Program-made: the position numbers and the translations under genes
From: an uncultured Saprospiraceae bacterium
GTDB lineage: Bacteria > Bacteroidota > Bacteroidia > Chitinophagales > Saprospiraceae
NCBI GenBank assembly: GCA_964467425.1
Contig: CAYXQH010000001.1
Location: 1 to 41,427 of the forward strand
Length of the DNA: 41,427 nt
Reading direction: 5' to 3'
Shown here: positions 36,136 to 41,427 of the stretch, piece after piece
Layout: each line of letters begins with the position of its first letter
Position numbering within the stretch: position 1 is the first letter of the stretch
The notes under the pieces: model-generated
What the model saw: only the letters and a program-made list of their open reading frames with translations
Databases searched by the model: none
Told to the model about the DNA's origin: nothing

Positions 36136-38342
36136 ATAAAGTACTCAACATCAATTTAGGAGGTTACCCATTTACAATTGACGAAAATGCATATGAGCAT
36201 TTGAGCAACTATCTAACCTCGATTCACAATCATTTTCGTGATTCTGAAGGATATGAAGAGATTACAGAGGATATTGAGTCAAGAATGGCGGAACTGTTTC
36301 AAGACCAATTAAATGGTCGGCCAATTGTAACGGTGAAAGATGTCGACAGTGGTATTGCAATAATGGGGACCCCGGAAGATTTTGGTGCAGAACCGATGGA
36401 TGAAAACTTGGTTGAAGAGCGACCAAGAGGAAAATATAAAACGGGACGACGACTTTTTAGAAATGAGGAAGATAAGGTTGTTGGTGGAGTTTGTTCAGGA
36501 CTTGCTGCGTACTTTGGAATAGAGGATCCTTTGTGGATACGTATTACCTGGATTTTTGCAATCGTTATTCTTGGAATAGGATTGCCAGCCTATATCATTA
36601 CGTGGATTATCGTTCCGAAAGCGAAGACAGCCGGGGATCGTTTAGCTATGCGTGGTGAAAAGATAAACGTTTCTAATATCGGTAAAATCGTTGAAGAAGA
36701 AATCGAGTCTTTCTCCGAAAGCTTCGAAAACTTTGGAAATGATTTTCAATCAAAAAAAAAAAAGGATGGTTCGCCTGGGCCCAAAAGATTCGCTGGAATT
36801 GGTGGAGCCATTAAGAAAGGGTTTTCATTGTTAGGGAAAGGTATTTCTGTAATCGGACAAAATGTTTCGAAGGTCATTTCTGTTTTTTCAAAAATTGGAA
36901 AACCAATATTTTTTATAGTAGGATTTGCGCTGATTATTGCTTTGTCTGTTATTTGGATCTTGTCAATAATCAGCTTTTTTATGACAACGCCTTTCACCAG
37001 CTATTTTTTCGCAGGCTCAAAGGTTTTGTCTTTTCTTGGGATTACTAATGTGTTGGTGTTCTTTGGAGTACCCATTCTTGCGCTCATTATGTTTCTTTCT
37101 AAATATGTTTTTAAAACGCGAACGAGTCCGAATTTTAAAGCCGGAATGTGGGCCTTTTGGGTAGTAAATATTATTAGCCTTTTTGGGATCGCTAGTTATC
37201 AGGGGGCTCAGTTTAATTCTTATTCGGATATATCTAAAAATATAGATTTGACAGCTATCGAATCTGATACGCTTAGGATAAGAACAGAAAAAAGTCCCTA
37301 TGGAAGTAACTCATTTATGATTGGTCCGCTTAAAATCATGAACGATAAAATGATCTCTGCAAATGTGGAATTTAATATCCTTAAAAGTGAATCTGGAAAA
37401 TTTGAATTGATAAAAAGAATCTCTTCTAGAGGAGGTACTGAAAATGAAGCAATAAAATTGATAGATGCTATCGAGTTTGAACCGAAGATAGCTAATGGGG
37501 CACTTGTTATTCCTCGAAGTTTTGAAATCTATCAAGGTCAAAAATGGAGAAATCAGCAAATCGAAGTAACCTTAAAAATTCCGGAAGGAAAATCTGTTTA
37601 TTTTGAAAATGATATTTGGGGTTTCTCACACCATATAAATATTGATAGAAATCAGTCGTATCCTTCATTGACCAGAGATCAAACATGGTATATGGATGAT
37701 AACGGTTTGGTTAATAAAAAATTCCTGAAAAAATCTCAGCGAAGTGAAGAGTATGACTATACTAATTTTGAAAATCTTCAAATTGAGGGAAAAATGAAAG
37801 TAACGATTGAAAAAGGAGATGCTTTCAATATTTCGTTAAAAGGAAAACCTTCTTATCTCGATAAAGTAGACTTTGTACAATTGGATAAAACTCTGACCAT
37901 TACTTCTGAAAATCAAAATACACGTTCTCCAATACGGCTGACGATTACCTTGCCGAAATTAATGTCATTGGATGTTTCTAGTACGGATGATGTTAAAGTG
38001 CAAGGTTTTACACAGGATGCTATGCGTATAAAAGCAGATAGTAAAAAAGAGGTGAAAGTATTAGCTAAAATTAACGACCTGGAATTATTAATGACTGAAA
38101 ATTCGAAGGTGAAATTGCAGGGAGAAGGTAATTACTTAAAAGCGGATTTAAAAAGAAAAGCAGTCCTGGATGCTGATCGATATGACGTGGAAAAAGCGAA
38201 ACTGGATGCGGGGGATAATACAAAAGCAACCATTGCCGTTTCTGATTCACTTTGGCAATACACCGAAAGACATGTTAGTATTAATGTCGATGGTTCTCCA
38301 GTCATTATTGCAACATCGATCAACGATAAAAAGAAACAGTAA
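36132..38342 (+). CDS. PspC-domain membrane protein with a C-terminal DUF2807/GIN-like beta-rich domain
   Basis: 736 aa. PspC motif RLFRNEEDKVVGGVCSGLAAYFGIEDPLWIRITWIF is followed by a TM helix and then about 4 more TM helices (36880-37200). The C-terminal ~200 aa form repetitive beta-strand units (LQIEGKMKVTIEKGD..., LTITLPKLMSLDVSSTDDVKVQG...). It is translationally coupled to padR. Confidence 0.8.
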   Translation: MNKVLNINLGGYPFTIDENAYEHLSNYLTSIHNHFRDSEGYEEITEDIESRMAELFQDQLNGRPIVTVKDVDSGIAIMGTPEDFGAEPMDENLVEERPRGKYKTGRRLFRNEEDKVVGGVCSGLAAYFGIEDPLWIRITWIFAIVILGIGLPAYIITWIIVPKAKTAGDRLAMRGEKINVSNIGKIVEEEIESFSESFENFGNDFQSKKKKDGSPGPKRFAGIGGAIKKGFSLLGKGISVIGQNVSKVISVFSKIGKPIFFIVGFALIIALSVIWILSIISFFMTTPFTSYFFAGSKVLSFLGITNVLVFFGVPILALIMFLSKYVFKTRTSPNFKAGMWAFWVVNIISLFGIASYQGAQFNSYSDISKNIDLTAIESDTLRIRTEKSPYGSNSFMIGPLKIMNDKMISANVEFNILKSESGKFELIKRISSRGGTENEAIKLIDAIEFEPKIANGALVIPRSFEIYQGQKWRNQQIEVTLKIPEGKSVYFENDIWGFSHHINIDRNQSYPSLTRDQTWYMDDNGLVNKKFLKKSQRSEEYDYTNFENLQIEGKMKVTIEKGDAFNISLKGKPSYLDKVDFVQLDKTLTITSENQNTRSPIRLTITLPKLMSLDVSSTDDVKVQGFTQDAMRIKADSKKEVKVLAKINDLELLMTENSKVKLQGEGNYLKADLKRKAVLDADRYDVEKAKLDAGDNTKATIAVSDSLWQYTERHVSINVDGSPVIIATSINDKKKQ

Positions 38343-38373
38343 AAACTCAAGATAGGCCTTCAAAATATTTTGT

Positions 38374-39150
38374 ATGAAAATAAGAACCAAAAAAACAATT
38401 AGAAAAATAGTAATCGGGACAAGTGCTACATTGACTTTATGTCTTGGGATCTTGGTGCTTGCTGTTTTATGTCCAACATTTATGTATGCTAATGCGACAC
38501 AAGTGAACGATCAAATTACCGTTTACCATCAACAAAGTTTTAACCCACAGTTAAAAAATTTGGTTCTGGAAAGCTATGAAAACATTCAAGAAGCAGAAAT
38601 TTTTGACCCGAATTTCACAATAAATATCTGCTTAAATGATGGCTCTGCTTATCCCGGATTTATAAAGAAAATAATGGGAGAAGCTTTTGCGCATGGCTTT
38701 GCACATAATACTGTCATTGTATCGGAGATAAATATTAAGGACAATTATGCGATTTGGAATGATCGAAAATTAAAACTTACAGAAGTTTTTGCTCATGAAT
38801 TTATTCATAATTATCAATACAACACTTATGGTTTCGCAACGCTCGATTTTCCGTTTTGGAAATTAGAAGGAATATGTGAATACGAGAAAACAAGATCCAA
38901 AGAGGAGGTTGATTTAAAAAAAGGAATTGAGTTGTTTTTAAAAGCGGAGGGGGATGGTCTACAAGACTGGGATTGGATTGAATATGAGAACGGTTTTGGA
39001 TCAACACCAATCTATTTAAAAAGTCGAATGCTGGTCCAATATCTTATGGAAGTGAAGCAGATTACCTATGATGAAATTGTCCATGATGAAACTTTAGAAG
39101 AAAGCGCTGTGAAATCTGACCTGCTAGAATGGTTTAATAAAAATAAATAA
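38374..39150 (+). CDS. Membrane-anchored hypothetical protein with an HExxH motif (putative zinc metallopeptidase-like)
   Basis: 258 aa. N-terminal TM anchor (IVIGTSATLTLCLGILVLAVLC). A single HEFIH motif in VFAHEFIHNYQY. It starts 31 nt after the pspC-domain gene and is followed by a terminator. Confidence 0.55.
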   Translation: MKIRTKKTIRKIVIGTSATLTLCLGILVLAVLCPTFMYANATQVNDQITVYHQQSFNPQLKNLVLESYENIQEAEIFDPNFTINICLNDGSAYPGFIKKIMGEAFAHGFAHNTVIVSEINIKDNYAIWNDRKLKLTEVFAHEFIHNYQYNTYGFATLDFPFWKLEGICEYEKTRSKEEVDLKKGIELFLKAEGDGLQDWDWIEYENGFGSTPIYLKSRMLVQYLMEVKQITYDEIVHDETLEESAVKSDLLEWFNKNK

Positions 39151-39202
39151 CCCCAAACGATATCTCGAAAAAATATACTTTATTTTGATTAGTTGATTTT
39201 TG

Positions 39203-39235
39203 AAAGCCGTTGATCATCTCTTCGGCTTTTTTTTA
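39203..39235 (+). terminator. Rho-independent terminator
   Basis: AAAGCCG (39203-39209) pairs with CGGCTTT (39223-39229), within a longer T-run. Confidence 0.55.
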
Positions 39236-39339
39236 TTCTTGTAAAGTATTTTCATTACGACCTGCTCCAATTTCTTTGCTTCTCTGCTGTGAAATATTAA
39301 AAAGACCTCAAAAAACCAGCTCCATACAATTTTACCTAC

Positions 39340-39347
39340 TATCTTTG
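39340..39347 (+). promoter_or_regulatory. -7 box TATCTTTG upstream of the DUF4292-like gene
   Basis: Matches TAnnTTTG and lies 15 nt upstream of ATG 39363. Confidence 0.35.
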
Positions 39348-39362
39348 TCGTTTCAAGAAAAA

Positions 39363-40166
39363 ATGATGATGAATAGATTACAGATCCTTTTTTCCCTGCT
39401 CCTACTATCCATAGTAGTACTTCCTGCCTGTAAAAGCAGCAAACGCGCTGGAGGAAATATTAAACTAAAACCCAAATCTTCGAGATATTTATTAAAAAAA
39501 TTAGCATCGAATAGGGTAGAGGCGGAATGGCTGAGTGCAAAGGGAAAGATTACGTATAGGGATGATTATCAAACACGGAAATTCAATGCGAATTTTAGAT
39601 ATAAAAAAGATAGCCTCATTTGGTTAAATGTAAAAAAAGCTACCGTAGAAGCTGCTAGAATTCAAATTACTCCGGATAGTTTTTTTATGATTGACCGAAT
39701 AAATAAAGAATATTTTATCAGCAGTATTGATGGCATTGAAGATAAGTTTAACCTGCCTCAACGAACAGCGGAGGATATGCCGATTTTTGATATTTTAGAA
39801 GAATTACTATTGGGCAATCCTATCTTTTTTGCAGGCTCAGAATTAGAATCCGATATCGACGAAGGAGAGTATGCCTTGAATGGTACCACCGAACATTTTA
39901 AAAGCGAATACCGTTTAGAAGGGCGTGATTATTTACTGACAGCTATGAATTTTTTGCCTGATGATAAAAGACAGTTTCTTAAAATAGAAATGGACCGATC
40001 CGACAAAAAAGATGATTATCCAAAATTTTCGTATTTTCGAACTTATAAAGTAAACGCACCTCAACAAGGAGACGTCGAAATAAAAATCAAATTTTCAAAA
40101 CTGGAACTTAACGAACCTAAGACCATTCGATTTGAAATTCCGAAAAGCTATACCCGTATTGACTAA
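39363..40166 (+). CDS. DUF4292-like (LolB-like fold) lipoprotein
   Basis: MMMNRLQILFSLLLLSIVVLPACKSS is a lipoprotein signal, so ATG 39363 is preferred over the TTG 39210 extension, which runs through the terminator. The family call is based on size, the lipobox and the conserved position directly upstream of an M23/EnvC-like gene in Bacteroidota. This is an inference. Confidence 0.55.
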   Translation: MMMNRLQILFSLLLLSIVVLPACKSSKRAGGNIKLKPKSSRYLLKKLASNRVEAEWLSAKGKITYRDDYQTRKFNANFRYKKDSLIWLNVKKATVEAARIQITPDSFFMIDRINKEYFISSIDGIEDKFNLPQRTAEDMPIFDILEELLLGNPIFFAGSELESDIDEGEYALNGTTEHFKSEYRLEGRDYLLTAMNFLPDDKRQFLKIEMDRSDKKDDYPKFSYFRTYKVNAPQQGDVEIKIKFSKLELNEPKTIRFEIPKSYTRID

Positions 40167-41403
40167 ATATTTTTTAGCCTTTTTTATTTCTTCCCTGTTG
40201 CTGCTCCCTTCTGGATTTGGCCAATCTCGTAAATCGCTGGAAAAAAAACGTAAAAAACTTTTAAAAGAAATCAGTGCAACCTCAAAGTTGCTTAACCAGA
40301 CAGCTAAAGATCGGACGGCTACACTCGATCGATTCATCGCTCTAGAACGACAAATAGAAGCTCGGGAAGAATTATTAGAGACGCTAAATGCGGAGCTGGA
40401 ATATGCGAATGAAAGTTTGGACCGGACAAATAATGTGGTCTTTTCTTTAGAGGAAGATTTACTTCGATTAGAAAAAGAATACGGTGTGATTGCCCGTAAT
40501 GCCCTCCGACAAAAAATGAATAATGGCAATTTGCTTTTTATCTTTTCCTCCACAGATTTTAATGAAGCACTTCGACGCTGGCAATATTTAAAACAATATA
40601 ATGCCTATCGTAAAAATCAAACTAGTTTAATTTTAGAAACGCAGAGTAGTCTAAAAGAAAAAGTTGCTCAATTAGAAGAACGCAAAGAAGAAAAGGAAGC
40701 ATTACTTTTTTCTACAGAAAACCAGAAAAAAATATTGGCAGAGGAACTAAATAGTAAATCGGCTATGTTAGAAGCTTTAGAAAAAGATGAATCACGACTT
40801 CGTAAAGATTTAGATAAAAAACGAATAGCGCACAATACTTTAAATAATGCTATTGAAAAAGTGATTAAAAAAGAAATTTTAGCTAGCAGAAAAAAAGAAC
40901 GTTCTAAAAATGAAGCTTTAAAAGAAGCAAACGCTACAAGCAATACAATTGCTAAACCAAGGCCAAGAAGAACACCAAACACGAGTGTCTCTTCTTCCAG
41001 TTTTAACAGAAATAAAGGGCAATTGCCCTGGCCGGTAGATAATGGTGTGATTATAAAACGTTTTGGAAAACAACCACATCCTACACTTAAAAGAGTTCAA
41101 ATTACTAATAATGGAATAGACATTCAAACGAATGCAAACGCACAAGTTCAAGCAGTTTTCGAAGGTACTGTCGTTGGGAAACAATTCATTCCTAATAATG
41201 GCATTATGCTGATTATAAAACATGGAACCTATTATACCGTATATGCTAACTTGAAAGAAGTGTTTGTAAAGCAAGGTGATATTATAAAAACAAAGCAAGC
41301 TCTTGGGCTCGCCAGTCCAAAAGGAAATGTTTCGCAGGTCCATTTTGAGATTTGGAAAAATCAAGAAAAGCTAAACCCGGCTAGTTGGATTAAAAGACAG
41401 TAG
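40132..41403 (+). CDS. Coiled-coil + LytM/M23-domain protein (EnvC-like murein hydrolase activator or peptidase)
   Basis: Signal peptide (FLAFFISSLLLLPSGFGQ). About 230 aa of Lys/Glu-rich coiled coil. C-terminal M23 fold: LPWPV..G.I...FG, NNGIDIQ, IIKHGTYYTVYANL and QVHFEIW. The start is uncertain (TTG 40132 or TTG 40159), and either overlaps the end of the upstream gene. Confidence 0.8.
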   Translation: MKFRKAIPVLTKYFLAFFISSLLLLPSGFGQSRKSLEKKRKKLLKEISATSKLLNQTAKDRTATLDRFIALERQIEAREELLETLNAELEYANESLDRTNNVVFSLEEDLLRLEKEYGVIARNALRQKMNNGNLLFIFSSTDFNEALRRWQYLKQYNAYRKNQTSLILETQSSLKEKVAQLEERKEEKEALLFSTENQKKILAEELNSKSAMLEALEKDESRLRKDLDKKRIAHNTLNNAIEKVIKKEILASRKKERSKNEALKEANATSNTIAKPRPRRTPNTSVSSSSFNRNKGQLPWPVDNGVIIKRFGKQPHPTLKRVQITNNGIDIQTNANAQVQAVFEGTVVGKQFIPNNGIMLIIKHGTYYTVYANLKEVFVKQGDIIKTKQALGLASPKGNVSQVHFEIWKNQEKLNPASWIKRQ

Positions 41404-41427
41404 TCAGGTGTTTGAAAATTGATAGTA

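Noticed and set aside
40095-41364. Long antisense ORFs (152, 104 and 148 aa) opposite the M23/coiled-coil gene, and similar shadow ORFs elsewhere (e.g. 3831-4211, 22451-22810, 33572-33904)
   Set aside because: They lie entirely within well-supported genes on the other strand. They have low-complexity or implausible composition and no independent signals. Open antisense frames are typical of Lys/Glu-rich coding sequence.

Overview
This is an AT-rich chromosomal segment that reads as Bacteroidota. The evidence is a T9SS-type C-terminal sorting domain on a secreted oxidase, TAnnTTTG -7 promoter boxes, a Y_Y_Y/LytS-type kinase with a LytTR regulator, a PadR-PspC pair and a DUF4292 + M23 pair. I count about 31 protein-coding genes, most of them core functions. 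In order they are: a truncated YfcH-like epimerase; a peptide-type ABC importer locus (2 family-5 binding lipoproteins + 2 permeases, no ATPase); HU; a split transketolase; a trans-sulfuration PLP enzyme; RadC; an MsbA-like ABC exporter; a processive-type GT2; gyrB; a sensor kinase/LytTR regulator pair; tsaE; an alanine-dehydrogenase-family protein; a T9SS multicopper oxidase; a CRTAC1/FG-GAP lipoprotein; a PadR-PspC-HExxH cluster; and DUF4292 plus an EnvC-like M23 protein. Accessory-looking content is limited to five items: a cluster of REP-like hairpins next to a RAYT/IS200-like Y1 transposase gene, a decayed four-helix-bundle gene, a PUR-like/Myb-like fusion protein, a cytoplasmic LRR protein with a BRCT-like module, and a large patatin/cPLA2-like lipase whose catalytic domain is interrupted by transmembrane helices. 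I see no rRNA, tRNA, CRISPR array, integrase or recognisable canonical defence operon. The best candidates for something not yet described are: (1) the TM-split stand-alone patatin-like protein; (2) the LRR/BRCT-like protein; (3) the PadR-PspC-HExxH module with its triple palindromic operator; (4) a 13-nt motif recurring just 3' of stop codons. All calls come from reading the sequence and the ORF track; no database search or computation was run.
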